From the NCBI RefSeq assembly GCF_006345805.1, contig NC_043018.1:5518001-5582000 (forward strand): a DNA stretch of 64,000 bases. The letters run 5' to 3'. The stretch comes from Octopus sinensis. Lineage: Eukaryota. The position numbers and the translations under genes were made by a program. Under the pieces are notes generated by a model. That model worked only from the letters and a program-made list of their open reading frames with translations. It had not been told where the DNA came from and searched no databases. Every line of letters starts with the position of its first letter. Within the stretch, counting starts at the first letter, position 1. Positions 49,088-63,150 of this stretch are shown here, one piece after another.

Positions 49088-51143
49088 TCTCTTATTATAA
49101 AAGGCAGATTTTATCTGCCTCCCTTTGGGAGTTATACAAATCTACAATATAGGATTTCTTCAATTACAATTTACCTTGCATTTTTAAGAGTACAATGCAT
49201 CGCGTCATGCCAGGTCCAGTTTTTAAAATTTAAACTCCAGTTAAGCAAAATTTACAGAAAACTCACATTCTGGTGTGTGTGTCAAATGCTTTTCTTAGTC
49301 TGGTTTACACCACACACAAATGCAAACACACAATGGGCCAGGAATAAAATGAAAGTAATTGACTTACTGTAGTGAGTGATTCTTTCACTCTGCCTCCCAC
49401 TTCCTCTTTCAACACATAGACACGCAAATATATAATAAAATTGTAAGCTAACGTGCGTGTGTGTGAGTGGGTTGTGTGGGTGTGCGCGTGTGTGTGTGTG
49501 TGAGGGTGCGTGTGTGTGTGTGTGTGTGTGTGTGCGTGTGCGTGAGTGTGTGACAGGAAAGTTTTTTTACGACGAATATAACACCTATATCCAAGTAGCA
49601 GAAAGATAAGCCAGTAAGGTGTGATTTGAAGGAGATTTGGCTGCTATTTCTACTACCATGTCTAGCTGCCATGTAGGGGTCTCCCTCATAGGCTCATACA
49701 TACATATATACATAGATAAGACAGTAAGGTGTGATTTGGGGGAAATTTGGCTGCTATTCTTTCTACCAGGTCTAGCTGCCATGTAGGGGTCTCCCTCATA
49801 GGCTCATACATACATATATACATAGATAAGACAGTAAGGTTGATTTGGGGGAAATTTGGCTGCTATTTCTACCAGGTCTAGCTACCATGTAGAGGCCCCC
49901 TCATTGCTCATATATATATACATACATAAGACAGTAAGATGTGATGCGGGGGATATTTGGCTGCTGTTTCTACCAGTCTGTTAGGCCTTCTCATGTAAAC
50001 TCAAGCTTTCTCATGCCTTGAACATAAGACCAAAGCAGAAAATTTATTCTTTTATTCTTCTGCTTTTTCCAGCCATTGGTCTGTGGCCATGCTGGGGCAA
50101 TGCCTTGAAGAATTGTAGTTTAATGAATCAACTCCAGTTTTATTTTTGTAAGCATTGTACTTATTCTATCTGTTTCCTTTGTCAAACCACTAGGTGACAG
50201 GGATGTAAACAAACCAACATTCGTTGTCAAGCAGTGGTGGAGGGCAATCACAAGCACAGACACGCACACACACACACATACATGCATACACATATACACA
50301 TATACATACATACATACATACATATATATATATGTGTGTGTATATATATATTGCAGCGTGGAAGCCATTTAAGAAACACACAAAAACCGTTACATTCACT
50401 TCAACATTTAAATTTAATTTGCCAAAATATTTTCGTCGCTTTGAAACCGCGACCTGTTCACTGACAAAAATATCGTGCTAACAGGTCGCGGTCTCAAAGC
50501 GACGAAAATATTTTGACAAATTAAATTTAAATGTTGAAGTGAATCTAACGGTTTTGGTGTGTTTCTTAATGGCTTATAAACACCTTCAACGCTGCAACTG
50601 TTTTCGTTCCAGCACACGATCTCAGATCAAGTCACTTGCTATGCAAGTACATCTCTGTAACTATATATATTATTATATATATATGTATATTGGTAAAAAC
50701 AGTAAGATAACAAAAGAAAGAAAGAGACCTCAATATTATGTAAATAGAGGAAATCTTTTATATAAAGTGAGGTTGTGTGTCTGTCTCCTACGATTTAGAT
50801 TCCTAACAACTACTCCCACTTTTGCGGTGCAGTTTAAAACCAAAACCGGGTATCTTATAGTCGTGATCATATCGAGACCGTCTGGGTATTAGCGAGCGTC
50901 TACGATGAGTCTACGATTTAAAAAAATTTACCATCAATTTTTCCCATTTTAATCCATTTTTGACATATATAAGGGAAGTAACTCTCTAAAATTTATTATT
51001 AAATCTCAGAACGTAAAAAGCTACAGTAACACCCCTCCCCCTTTGTGGTTGCCATATTGAGATGGCTATTATACTTTACATCTCTAAAAATGCTTATAAT
51101 TATTTCCCTTACAAACCCGAGCAACGCCGGGCGATACTGCTAG
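49088..51143 (+). mobile_element. Composite Helitron, tandem unit 1
   Basis: TCTCTTATTATAAAAGGCAG start; CCCGAGCAACGCCGGGCGATACTGCTAG end; internal SINE, hairpin and ~80-bp repeats. Confidence 0.78.
50351..50575. repeat. ~225-bp hairpin of the same inverted-repeat family (second copy at about 52295-52515)
   Basis: AAGCCATTTAAGAAACAC...GTGTTTCTTAATGGCTT arms with a short loop. Confidence 0.8.
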
Positions 51144-51155
51144 TATATATATATA

Positions 51156-53078
51156 TCTTTATTATAAAAGGCAGATTTTATCTGCCTCCCTTTGGGAGTT
51201 ATCAAATCTACAATATAGGATTTCTTCAATTACAATTTACCTAGCATTTTTAAGAGTACAATGCATCGCGTCATGCCAGGTCCAGTTTTTTAAAAATTTA
51301 AACTCCAATTAAGCAAAATTTACAGAAAACTCACATTCTTGTGTGTGTGTCAAATGCTTTTCTTAGTCTGGTTTACACCACACGCAAACGCACACACACA
51401 GTGGGCAACGAATAAAATGAAACTAATTCACTTACTGTAGTGAGTGATTCTTTCACTCTGCTCCCACTTCCCCACTCCTCTTTCCACACATAGACACGCA
51501 AATATAAATAAAATTGTAAGCTAACGTGCGTGTGTGTGAGTGTGTGTGTGTGTGTGCGAGCGTGTGTGTGTGTGTGAGGGTGCGTGTGTGTGTGTGGTGT
51601 GCATGTGCGTGATGTGTGACAGGAAATTTTTTTTACGACGAATATAAGTAGCAGAAAGATAAGACAGTAAGGTTTGATTTGAGGGAGATTTGGCTGCTAT
51701 TTCTACCATGTATAGCTGCCATGTAGGGGTCTCCCTCATAGGCTCATACATACATATATACATAGATAAGACAGTAAGGTGTGATTTGGGGGAAATTTGG
51801 CTGCTATTTCTACCAGGTCTAGCTACCATGTAGAGGTCCCCCTCATTGGCTCATATATATATACATACATAAGACAGTAAGATGTGATGCGAGGGATATT
51901 TGGCTGCTGTTTCTACCAGGTCTGTTAGGCCTTCTCATGTAAACTCAAGCTTTCTCATGCCTTGAACATAAGACCAAAGCAGAAAATTTATTCTTTTATT
52001 CTTCTGCTTTTTCCAGCCATTGGTCTGTGGCCATGCTGGGGCAATGCCTTGAAGAATTGTAGTTTAATGAATCAACTCCAGTTTTATTTTTGTAAGCATT
52101 GTACTTATTCTATCTGTTTCCTTTGTCAAACCACTAGGTGACAGGGATGTAAACAAACCAACATTCGTTGTCAAGCAGTGGTGGAGGGCAATCACAAGCA
52201 CAGACACGCACACACACACACATACATGCATACACATATCACATATACATACATACATACATACATATATATATGTGTGGTTGTATATATATATTGCAGC
52301 GGGGAAGCCATTAAGAAACACACAAAAAACGTTACATTCACTTCAACATTTAATTTAATTTGCCAAAATATTTTCGTCGCTTTGAAACCGCGACTGTTCA
52401 CTGACAAAAATATCGTGCTAACAGGTCGCGGTCTCAAAGCGACGAAAAATTTTGACAAATTAAATTTAAATGTGAAGTGAATCTAACGGTTTTTGTGTGT
52501 TTCTTAAATGGCTTTATAAACACCTTCAACGCTGCAACTGTTTTCGTTCCAGCACACGATCTCAGATCAAGTCCTTGCTATGCAAGTACATCTCTGTAAC
52601 TATATATATATTTATATATATATATATATATGTATATTGGTAAAAACAGTAAGATAACAAAAGAAAGAGACCTCAATATTATGTAATAGAGGAAATCTTT
52701 ATATATAAAAGTGAGGTTGTGTGTCTGTCTCCTACGATTTAGATTCCTAACTACTCCCACATTTTGCGGTGCAGTTTAACCCAAACCGGGTATCTTATAG
52801 TCGTGATTCAATCGAGACTGTCTGGGTATAGCGCGCGTCTACGATGAGTCTACGTTTAAAAAAAAATTTACCATCCATTTTTTCCCATTTTTGACATATA
52901 TAAGGGAAGTAACTCTCTAAAATTTATTATTAAATCTCAGAACGTAAAAAGCTACAGTAAACACCCCTCCCCCTTTGTGGTTAGCCATATTGAGATGGCT
53001 ATTATACTTTACATCTCTAAAAATGCTTATATAATTATTTCCCTTACAAACCCGAGCAACGCCGGGCGATACTGCTAG
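51156..53078 (+). mobile_element. Composite Helitron, tandem unit 2 (near-duplicate of unit 1)
   Basis: Same termini and internal order as 49088-51143, separated from it by 12 bp of TA. Confidence 0.78.
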
Positions 53079-53079
53079 T

Positions 53080-53118
<39 letters not shown>

Positions 53119-54141
53119 GATATAATATATATATATATATATATAGATATATATATATATATATAATATATATATATATACATATATATATTATATTATA
53201 TATATGTATATTTGTATTTATATTTATATATATATATATATATATACAATTGCAGCGTGGAAGGTGTTTATAAGCCATTTAAGAACACACACAAAAGCCG
53301 TTCGATTCACTTCAACATTTAAGTTTAATTTGTCAAAATATTTTCGTCGCTAAAATCCGCGACCTGTTCACTGACAAAAAATCCGTGCTGCATCTGAGAA
53401 AGTAACAGTTAGTTCGTCATATATATGTACGTATGTATGTGTGTATGTATGCATACATGTGTGTATGTATTTACGTATGCATGTACGTACATACGCCTGT
53501 GTATGCATGTACGTATGTATGTATGTATGTATGTATGTATTGTATATATATGTGTTGTAATATGCCCGCACCATACACTCTATAAACATAAAGCTATAAA
53601 CCTGTAGCGATAGATGGATGTAGAGTGACCACTCATCACAATGCTATCAAATTTCAGCTTCCTCAGGCCGAAGCTTGGAAGTGATTTACGACGCTTACTC
53701 CCAAAACTATACCCTAAAACCTATTATCAGATCTTTATCTCTATATCACAGAACTTTTGTTTTACTATTGTGCGTATGTATGTATGTATGTGCGTTGTAT
53801 GTATGTATGTATTATGTATGTATTATGTATGTAGTGTGTATGTATGGTATGTATGTACTACGTACGCATGTGCGTATGTATGTATAACGCACACGTATGC
53901 ATGTGCCCATGTATGTGTGTGCGTACATGTACGTGCGTATGTACGCACACACGTACATGTATGCACACACATACATATATACATACATACGTACATATAT
54001 ATGACGAACTAACTGTTACTTTCTCAGATGCAGCACGGATTTTTGTCAGTGAACAGGTCGTGGATTTTAGCGACGAAAATATTTTGACAAATTAAACTTA
54101 AATGTTGAAGTGAATCGAACGGCTTTTGTGTGTTTCTTAAA

Positions 54142-56049
54142 TCTCTTATTATAAAAGGCAGATTTTATCTGCCTCCCTTTGGGAGTTATACAAATCTACA
54201 ATATAGGATTTCTTCAATTACAATTTACCTAGCATTTTTAAGAGTACAATGCATCGCGTCATGCCAGGGTCCAGTTTTTTAAAATTTAAACTCCAATTAA
54301 GCAAAATTTACAGAAAACTCACATTCTGGTGTGTGTGTCAATGCTTTTCTTAGTCTGGTTTCACACACATACGCAACCCACGGCACACGCAGTGGCGCAA
54401 CACAATAATGAAAGCAACACACTGGGCAACGAATAAAATGAAAGTCGACAGAGTGATTTGAGGAAGACTAAACTGAAAGTATTCTGTCTATGACGCTGAT
54501 AGATACATGAGTAAAATGTATGGGAAGCTAAGAGCTAAGAGTGAGTGAAAATGTTCTTGGAAGACAGTAAATAGCGAGAGAGAGAGTGAGTTGAGGGGAA
54601 GTGGCTTGTTGTTAGTAATAAAGTAAACATACACTCATACATACATACATACATACATACATACATACATACATACATACATACACACCACACATACCAC
54701 ACACAACATACATACACACACACATACATACATACACACATACAACAGACATACATACATATACATACATACATATATACATACATATACATACATACAT
54801 ACATACACACACACACATACACACACACACAGTATTGAACGCTTGAGAACAATCAGATACATTTGCAACACATCGTTGAAAAAATTATTGTTCACACAAC
54901 ATACATATACATATATACATTACAGACAGACAGACAGATAGACCACACACACACAACATGATCCAGCATGGCCACAACCTCAAGGCTGAAACATATAAAA
55001 GAATAACAGAATATAAATGTGTGCAAAGACAAAGTACAGAAATATTAATGCAGTATATGGGGATTGGACAATAAGCGTAAGGCAGTTGTCAATGGTGGTT
55101 CCAGAAATCCCGAGCCATAAACTACAGCCTAGAAGACGAGCCTCATCCTGAAAGATCTGTAGACTCGACAAGGACATCCTGAAAACCCTGGTGGAACAAA
55201 ATCTCATCGTAACTGTTGAGGAACTAGCAGCAGAAGAGCTTGGATTTGGTCATTCAACCATTCATTGAGACCTGTGTGCTATCGGAAAAGTCAGCAAATT
55301 GGGTCAATGGGTTCCTCCACGAACTTTCCGAGTCTAATTGCATGCAGAGAGTGAATGTATGCTTTTTTCTTTGCTGTCACATCTCACCACTACTGCGCTA
55401 TGTATATCTATATATATAAAACTGTAGTTGTGTGAGTGTCTGTCCCCTTCGATTTAGATTCCTAACTACTCCCACATTTTGCAGTGCAGTTTAACCAAAT
55501 TCGGGTAGCTTATAGTCGTGATTCATATCGAGCCCGTCTGAATATTAGCGCGCGTCTACGATGAGTCTACGATTTTAAAATAATTTAACATCATTTTTTT
55601 ATTCCATTTTAATGCATAATTTTTCGTGTGTGTCGATGGCGGCAGAGTTAGCGTCCACGTTCACACCTGCACCTGTGGGGAAGGGAGTGTAAGGAAATCA
55701 ACGTCGTAATGCGTTGTCAAGGAGACCAGTGTTCTTTTAGAACAACGACTTCATGGCTTGAAGACACCAAAACAGAAATGGCTAAAAAAAGCGTCTACAT
55801 GAGTCTACGATTTAAAAAAAAATTTACCATCGTTTTTTTTTCCATTTTAATGCATTTTTTCGCTATTATATAAGGGAAGTAACTCTCTAAAAATGTCTAC
55901 GATGAGTCAACGATTTATTTTAAAAAAAAATTTACCATATTTTTCCATTTTTAATGCATTTTTTTGCTATTTTTTGGCTATAACTCTCTAAAAATGCTTA
56001 TATAGTTATTTCCCTTACAAACCCGAGCAACGCCGGGCGATACTGCTAG
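54142..56049 (+). mobile_element. Composite Helitron inserted at an A|T site without TSD
   Basis: It splits the repeat sequence TTCTTAAA|TGGCTTATAAACACC, whose reverse complement is intact at about 53264-53286; TC...CTAG termini. Confidence 0.85.
55040..55375 (+). pseudogene. Degraded mariner transposase N-terminal (HTH) fragment
   Basis: Frameshifted translation NINAVYG...WWFQKSRAINYSLEDEP...LVEQN..VTVEELA.ELG..HSTIH*.L..IGKVSKLGQWVP, including the WVP motif. Confidence 0.85.
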
Positions 56050-56138
56050 TGGCTTATAAACACCTTCCACGCTGCAATTGTTTTCCTTTCAGCACACGAA
56101 TCTCAGATCAAATTACTTGCTATGCGAGTACATCCCCG

Positions 56139-56177
<39 letters not shown>

Positions 56178-56327
56178 TATATATATATATGCATGTTATA
56201 TATATATATATATATTATCTATATATACATAAATATATATATATGTATGTATGTATTATATATATATAATATATATAATATATATATATATGTATGTATA
56301 TATGTATATATATATATATATATATAA

Positions 56328-56385
<58 letters not shown>

Positions 56386-56615
56386 GTGTTTGTGTCTGTG
56401 TTTGTCCCCCCACCATCACTTGACAGCCGATGATGGTGTGTTTTATGTACCTGTAACTTAGCAGTTCGGCAAAGGCGACCGATAGAATAAGTACTGGGCT
56501 TACAAAGAATAAGTCCTGGGATTCATTTTTTTCGACTAGAAATACTCTTAATGTGGTGCTCCAACATGACCGAAACAAAACAATAGAATAAATAACAATA
56601 CCAATTGATACAAAC

Positions 56616-56671
56616 CTTTTGATGAAAGATTCCGTGCCAGCGACAACAGCCCCGAATGGAGCACCAATTCC
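56616..56671 (-). CDS. Threonine aldolase-like copy B, exon 6 ([18 protein letters not shown])
   Basis: 56 nt, phase 0-2; ttccag/GTTTGTATC boundaries; the donor sequence is identical to that of copy A exon 6. Confidence 0.92.
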
Positions 56672-56767
56672 CTGGAATTAAAATTAAAGACAATCTTTTT
56701 TAAAGAACTTTGAGATCTAGAAGTAAATAATAAATAGGAGTAAATAATTAATATAAGTATATAAATA

Positions 56768-56888
56768 ATAGAAGTAAATAATTAATAAAAGTAAATAATT
56801 AATAAAAGTAAATAATTAATAAAAGTAAATAATTAATAGAAGTAAATAATTAATAGAAGTAAATAATTAATAGATGTAAATAATTAAT
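56768..56888. repeat. 17-bp AT-rich minisatellite (AGAAGTAAATAATTAAT), about 7 copies
   Basis: Direct periodicity. Confidence 0.85.
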
Positions 56889-58407
56889 GTGATGGTGGGG
56901 AAACAAACAAACATAAACACACACATACGACAGGCTTCTTTCAGTTTCTGTCAACCAAATCCACTCATAAAGCTTTGGTCAGCCTGAGGCTATAGTAGAA
57001 GACACTTGCCCAAGGTGCCATGCAGTGAGACTGAACCCAGAACTATGTGGTTGGTAAGCAAGCTACTTTATTTCAAAAATTTTACCATAAAGGCATGACA
57101 CAGAGTAGCTTGCGGGCTGGACAAAAACATTGATGAGGTGAATGATGAAAAAAGGATGATATTGATGGGAGAAGACAAAACACGCCTGCTGATTTTTTGC
57201 TCCTCTAAAACATTATTCTCTTCTTTTTTCTTTTTCACAGAAGAAAGACAAAACGAGTGGCTATGTGGTAAGCAAGCTACTTACCACATAGCCACTCTTG
57301 CATCTGTATAACATAATAAATGTAAATGTCAGACTATGAGCTGAGAGATTTTGGTAATGATACCATACGACACTCTGAGTCAAGTCCACCATGTTGTTGT
57401 TGTTTGTTCCTTCTCTAGCCATGCCTGGCTCATAAGAGCTGGTTTCCCGGTTTCTTGGCATATAGGTTCCCCACCTGGACGGGACGCCGGTCCGTCGCAG
57501 GTGAGCTGCAAAATGCAGGAGGAAAGAGTGAGAGAAAGTTGTGGCGAAAAAGTTAGCAGAAGTTTCGCCATTACCTTCTGCTGGAGCCACGTGGAGCTTA
57601 GGTGTTTTCGCTCATAAACACACATTGCTCAGTCTGAGATTCGAACCTGCGATCCCTCGACCGCGAGTCTGCTGCTCTAACCACTAGGCCATGTGCCTCC
57701 ACAGTCCACCATGTTATAAGCAAGCAGTGCTTTACAGAATTATTCACAGTTGTAATCAACAACAGAACTGTTTTTAATTACTGTAGTGGTTATATAATGA
57801 AGTGAGGAATTGGTTTTTCCCAGTGACAAATTTGGAACAGTGGAGAGAAGTCCCTGATAGACCATGCTATGCTCTGTAGGGAGTGAAGGGCCTAAGTATT
57901 TAATGCAACATGATTTTTATCCTTGGGTAGCAATTGCTATTTCCTATTTGCTTGAAAAATGCAATTATGAAAAATAGCTAATATTTCCTTCAGACTTTGC
58001 TTTTGTTACATTTATTCAAACTCCAAAGAATCCTTCTCAACACATGGCTATGATGCTTCCTCACTACTCCTGATCATGATCAAAGATGCACATATTGTAA
58101 GCCACTAAGGGATATGCTCAGTTGGTTAAGATCAAGCAACTGACAAGCAAATCTGTGGTATTGAGCAGAATATTTGTTATAACGATATTTCTGCTTCAGC
58201 ACCTTAATGTTGAATCTGTCTGAAATGTAATGGAAAATAGGTCAGTTTTAAAACCTTGATGTCCAAGTCACAAAAGCAAAGTGTGAAGGGAATAGCAGTC
58301 ATTTCCTTTGATTTCTAGATAAAAGCAAATAGGAAGTAACACTTACTGACCAAAGACAAAAAGAAAAAAAAATGTTAAACCATAATATCATCAAAAATAC
58401 TCCCTAC

Positions 58408-58545
58408 CTTATTAAGGCAAACGGTGATAGAGTCACAGGATTTTGTTATCTCTGGAATAGGAACACCAAGACCAACGGCTGCATTCCAAATACGTGCACC
58501 ATCCACGTGAACCTTTATATTATTTTCTTGGGCTAGATTGTACAA
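58408..58545 (-). CDS. Threonine aldolase-like copy B, exon 5 (LYNLAQENNIKVHVDGARIWNAAVGLGVPIPEITKSCDSITVCLNK)
   Basis: 138 nt; DGAR and the terminal PLP lysine are retained; ttctag/GTAGG boundaries; 32/46 aa identical to copy A. Confidence 0.95.
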
Positions 58546-59147
58546 CTAGAAAAATAAAAATTATTCTTTATCAATTAAATAATGAAAGAAGTTCCCAAAA
58601 CATTAAAAACTGCAATATCAGCAGTTTAAAAATTTCTTCTGGTTACTTTTCACTCAAGCACAAAAAATGTCAGAAATTGTGTAAATTTGGAAATTATGTG
58701 TTTTCATTACAAAATTGATAAGAAAGAAGATAATTTGTTTTATATGAGAATATAGTTTTCTTCTAGTTTCTTTAATCTTTTAGCTGGGGAACACATTGTT
58801 TCATCTTATACCACTGGAAAGACTCAGTAACTTGATTCGTAAGGTTGTAGTTTGGATAGAAGAAATAGAAGCCATGAATTTTTGGAGGGTTCCTCAGAAC
58901 TGATGAGGTTGATGGGTTGGTGTTTAGTTTAAAACGCTGCGAAAAACATGAGCAGAAAGGGCCTTTGATAGAGTTGCTATTGTAGGGAGAAAGTAATGTC
59001 CAGAGAGCTTAATGTGGGGTTTAGAGTGTACCAGTAGTATACAGCTTTGCCCAGGATTAAGTTAAGATTATTAAGCTAATCAAGTTCTTTATTTCAAACC
59101 AAACTAAGTAACATCGACTTAAATTTGGGTGAAATCCATTGAAATTG

Positions 59148-59248
<101 letters not shown>

Positions 59249-61579
59249 ATGGGCAACACACACACACACACACACACATACATACACACACACACGCATG
59301 TACACCTATTGCATACATGTTTTTTGTATGCGTTCATGTTCGTGTGTGTGTGTGTGTGTTGCCAGTATATCAACAAAATACTTTTTTCCTCAATGGAAAA
59401 AAGCACAACAAAAGTCTTAACAAAAACTCACTCATCACTAGAAGGTTCCCCACCTGTTTGCAAACTCCTGTTTGCAAACAATGGTGATTTCTACAACTTG
59501 AAAATTGTTAAAAGTTTTGGTTGAAAATTAATTTTTACTGCTATTCGCTGGTGCCTCTAGTAAAAATAAGTTGACGAAAATACAACTAGGATCATGACGA
59601 ATGTCCTCCTAAAATTGGAGTGACATGCATGCTAATTTGTGGACATGCATAAATTACATTCACGTACACACACACACACACACATACACACACACAAACA
59701 CGTTTTGCCTTTTATATGTACAAATGTTATTGTAGAGAGTTGTTGCTGTAGATTTTTGGTACATACTGTAATAGCTTAATAAAAGAGAAAGGTTAATAAA
59801 AATAGGTGAAAGAAAAAGAGAGAGCAGAGAGAGAGAGAGAGAAAGAGGGAGAGAGAGCATGAGAATAGATAGATAGAAAGAAAAAGAAAGCGAGAGAGAG
59901 AGAATATAGAATACTTTTGGGTACATATGAATATAGAGCAGTGCTTCTCAATCACAGCCCCTAGGGTTGCATGTGGCCTTCAAGCATCTTTCCAGCAACC
60001 CCCTACAGTCCTCCCTCCACAAAAATAATAATCTTTCCTTTAATTGACCCATGTTTTACTTATGTTTCTTAATCATTTAGATATTTGCATTTCCATATTT
60101 TTCCATATTTCTTTAAGCTCGATATGAAAAAAATTATTATTTCTTCAGTTTGTGGCATGAAGTAAAGTAAAACAAAAACACATAGTCTGGTGGTGAAGGT
60201 GTTGCACTCCTGATTGCAAGGTCATGGTTTCAATTCCTAGACAGGGTGGTGCTATGTAGTGTTGAGCAAAACCCTTCATTTCATGTGGCTCAGGACACCT
60301 TTTGGTGGGGATGTTGTGGTATCAGTCATTTATACGTGATAGAAACTGAGTAATAAATCCTTTGTGCCTCATGACTCAAGACAGTAAGATCCAGTGGTTG
60401 ATGATGGTGATGATGATGACCATGACGACAATGACGATGATGATGATGATGATGATGACGATGATGACAATGACGATGATGATGATGTTGATGATATATG
60501 ATGATGATGATTGTGGTGATGATGAATGATGATGACAATGATTATGATGATAATGATGATGATGATGATGATGATGAGTTTGTTGACACTATATCTTAAG
60601 CACTATTTCTGATTGTTACATTCATTTATTTCCACAACAAGGGTCCAGTCCTTGCTGTGATGTTGTGGCTTAGATTCCTCAATGATCATGAGAGATACAC
60701 CGGCAATGCACACGCTTCTGATAAGGCCTCCCATTCTGGACAGATCTAAGGATCGAAGCCAGACCAATATGGACCACCTCTTCCCAGAGGTAAAAAGAAG
60801 TTTACATAGGGCCAACACTTCTACCTTGAAAAAAAGCAAAAGTTACAAATAAAACATTGATGACAATTTAAAACTAAGAAGATCTAGGCGAAGAAGGCTT
60901 TCTCTCAAGGAAACACATGATCTGGGACAAAAAAGGGAAGCAAAAGAGAGGACACGCTAGCAATAGCTAGAGAAGGGATACTACAACAGAATAAAAAAAG
61001 CAGGGCTCTAACTGGAAAGAAACAGAAAAGACAGTCTCATAGTTCAGAACAGGAGAGATAAGTCCTCAATGGCCTGTGCTCCATAGGGAGAAAATGGCTT
61101 GAATTAAATAAGTACATTTACTTCTTTAATATACAAGTTTTAGTTACATGTATTCATTATACTATTACAAAATGTGGCCTTCTGACACCAACATGGCTCC
61201 AATAGTCAGCAGCTAGGAAACCACAGGCCAGCCCAGCAAGCCAACTTGCTTAGAGAGGAAGAAGTAGTCGTACCTGGCCATTTGTCTTGTGTAATGTGGT
61301 TCTTTGTCACTCAGGTTCACTTCGACTGGTCACATCGAATTTTTACATCAACTGCCTTCATAGCCAACATCACATTTGCTGTTTATGTATCCAACTTGAC
61401 ACTAACTATCTTCATGACCAACTTCACACTCACTGCTTTTTTACTGTTTGTTTATATTGCCATTTTCATACTCTGTGTTCTTTATGTTGCCAACTGACAC
61501 TATGCATTCTCTCACCAGTTCAAATTGTCCACCTCACAGCAAAGAGACACACACACAAAATCCTGCAGCATGCTTCTAA

Positions 61580-61956
61580 TTACCTCCACCAAGGAAGGAA
61601 GTTATGTTTCCATCAGCATTGACTTGTCCATCTGTGTGCAAAATAACTCAAAAAGTTGTGAACGGTATTTAAAGAAATTTACAGGAAAAGTTGTTAATGA
61701 CACAAGGAACAGATGATGAAATTTTGGTAGTGATCCGAGAAATTTTATGGATTCTTGAAGGGTTTTTCATTTGTTATATTTACTTTACATGAAGTATTAC
61801 AATGTTAAATTCTTTGATTATCTCTCTTGAAAACACGTTCATCGTTTCCACATAAACTATGGTGGCGTTACTGTTTCCAAAGTTTATTTTCGTTTCTCTA
61901 TTAGTAATTTTACTCGTGTATCTATCTTAAAATGAGCTGCTTGGCGGAGGTCTGCG
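61580..61956 (+). mobile_element. Helentron-associated (HINE/DINE-1-like) non-autonomous element
   Basis: Subterminal inverted repeats CCTCCACCAAG / CTTGGCGGAGG, followed by GAAGTTATGTTT near the 5' end. Confidence 0.55.
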
Positions 61957-61974
61957 GAGGATGGCATGACAAGC

Positions 61975-62440
61975 CTTGACTATTGGGATTGACTCAAAAA
62001 GCTCATGCTTTGCTCCCTCCACTGCCACTGTGAGCTCTATATCATCTGTATGATGTGGAAAATGTTCCATCAATATTGCCCATCTTTAAAATTCGTCCGA
62101 GGCTTGGCCCCGTGCCCTCCATCCACTACAGAAATGTTTGTGTCGTATCACAACACTATGACAGAACTATTTCACCTCAATTGGCCCTGCTCTCTTCAAC
62201 ATTGTGCCAAACACACATAAAAGAGGGAAGTGACTTCACGGCATTCAAACGATCCCTAGATGATTACCCCCAACAAATACCAGATAAACCACCCACACCC
62301 AGATATGTCTCTGAAAACAATAACCCTCTGCTTGAATGGGCTTCGGTTCCCCAGAGCTGACTGTGTATCTCTTCCAGGCGGTGCTATTAAATTAGACATG
62401 GCCTGAGTCAACTTCGGCCGAAATTTATCTAAGTAATCTA
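61975..62440 (+). mobile_element. Degraded 3' end of a CR1/L2-group LINE
   Basis: Frameshifted SL.C..E.YII..MWK...FKRSLDDY.QQIPDKP.TP.Y....N.LLEW, typical of the ORF2 C-terminus. Confidence 0.72.
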
Positions 62441-62852
62441 ATCTATGCTGTAACCTTTTAATCAAAGCATGACAACGCGGGTAGAGGCTGATATCTTAAC
62501 ATTTCTGATGGTCTTAAGTATAAAAAGAATTATTAAAGATTTATATAGAACTACATTCAGAGTATGTCTATAAGCTATTGTGTTTAGACCTGGTTTCTAT
62601 CCTCAAACTGTTCCGTTTTGTAGATGCAATTTTTTTCGTTTTTAATAAAGCACTTCGAGATTAGAAAAATCAAAAATCTGCAATAATCTCAGTCCCATGA
62701 GTATCGGATAATGGATTTTCAACTGTGTAAAGAAACTGATTGTGGTGATCGTAGTTTTGATGGTGATTGTGGTGAAAGCAGATACAGTGTTGATGATGAC
62801 GATGGCCGAGATAAGTATGGGAGGAGGTCATGTTTTTGTCGGCGTTTGTTTG

Positions 62853-62887
<35 letters not shown>

Positions 62888-62967
62888 TTGATGATAACAG
62901 TAGAGTCCAAGTTCATTTCAGTGAAAATAAAGGTTAAGTAAAAGAAAATCACAAAACACTTTCTTAC

Positions 62968-63150
62968 CTTTTGTAAATAGTCCAAAGGTAAAATTTTCCC
63001 TCCACATCTATTATGAGTATTTTCTAGGCAGATAACTTTGGTTCTACATATATCATTCGCCACTGATGTTGATATTGTCTCGGCTAATGTGGTTAAATCG
63101 TAAGTTCCATCTTTTAGAGTGGGGACGATTCTTGGAAAAACTCCAGCCAA
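62968..63150 (-). CDS. Threonine aldolase-like copy B, exon 4 (LAGVFPRIVP...LENTHNRCGGKILPLDYLQK); upstream exons lie off the right edge
   Basis: Same length (183 nt) and phase as copy A exon 4; 42/61 aa identical; tcacag/GTAAG boundaries. Confidence 0.95.

Larger units (their letters stand above)
53247..56080. mobile_element. Inverted-repeat (MITE-like) element with ~175-bp arms; right arm interrupted by a Helitron
   Basis: Left arm 53247-53420 is mirrored by 54000-54141 plus 56050-56080. Confidence 0.75.

Noticed and set aside
58900-58955. Possible hammerhead (CTGATGAG...CGAAA)
   Set aside because: No convincing stem II or stem III pairing.
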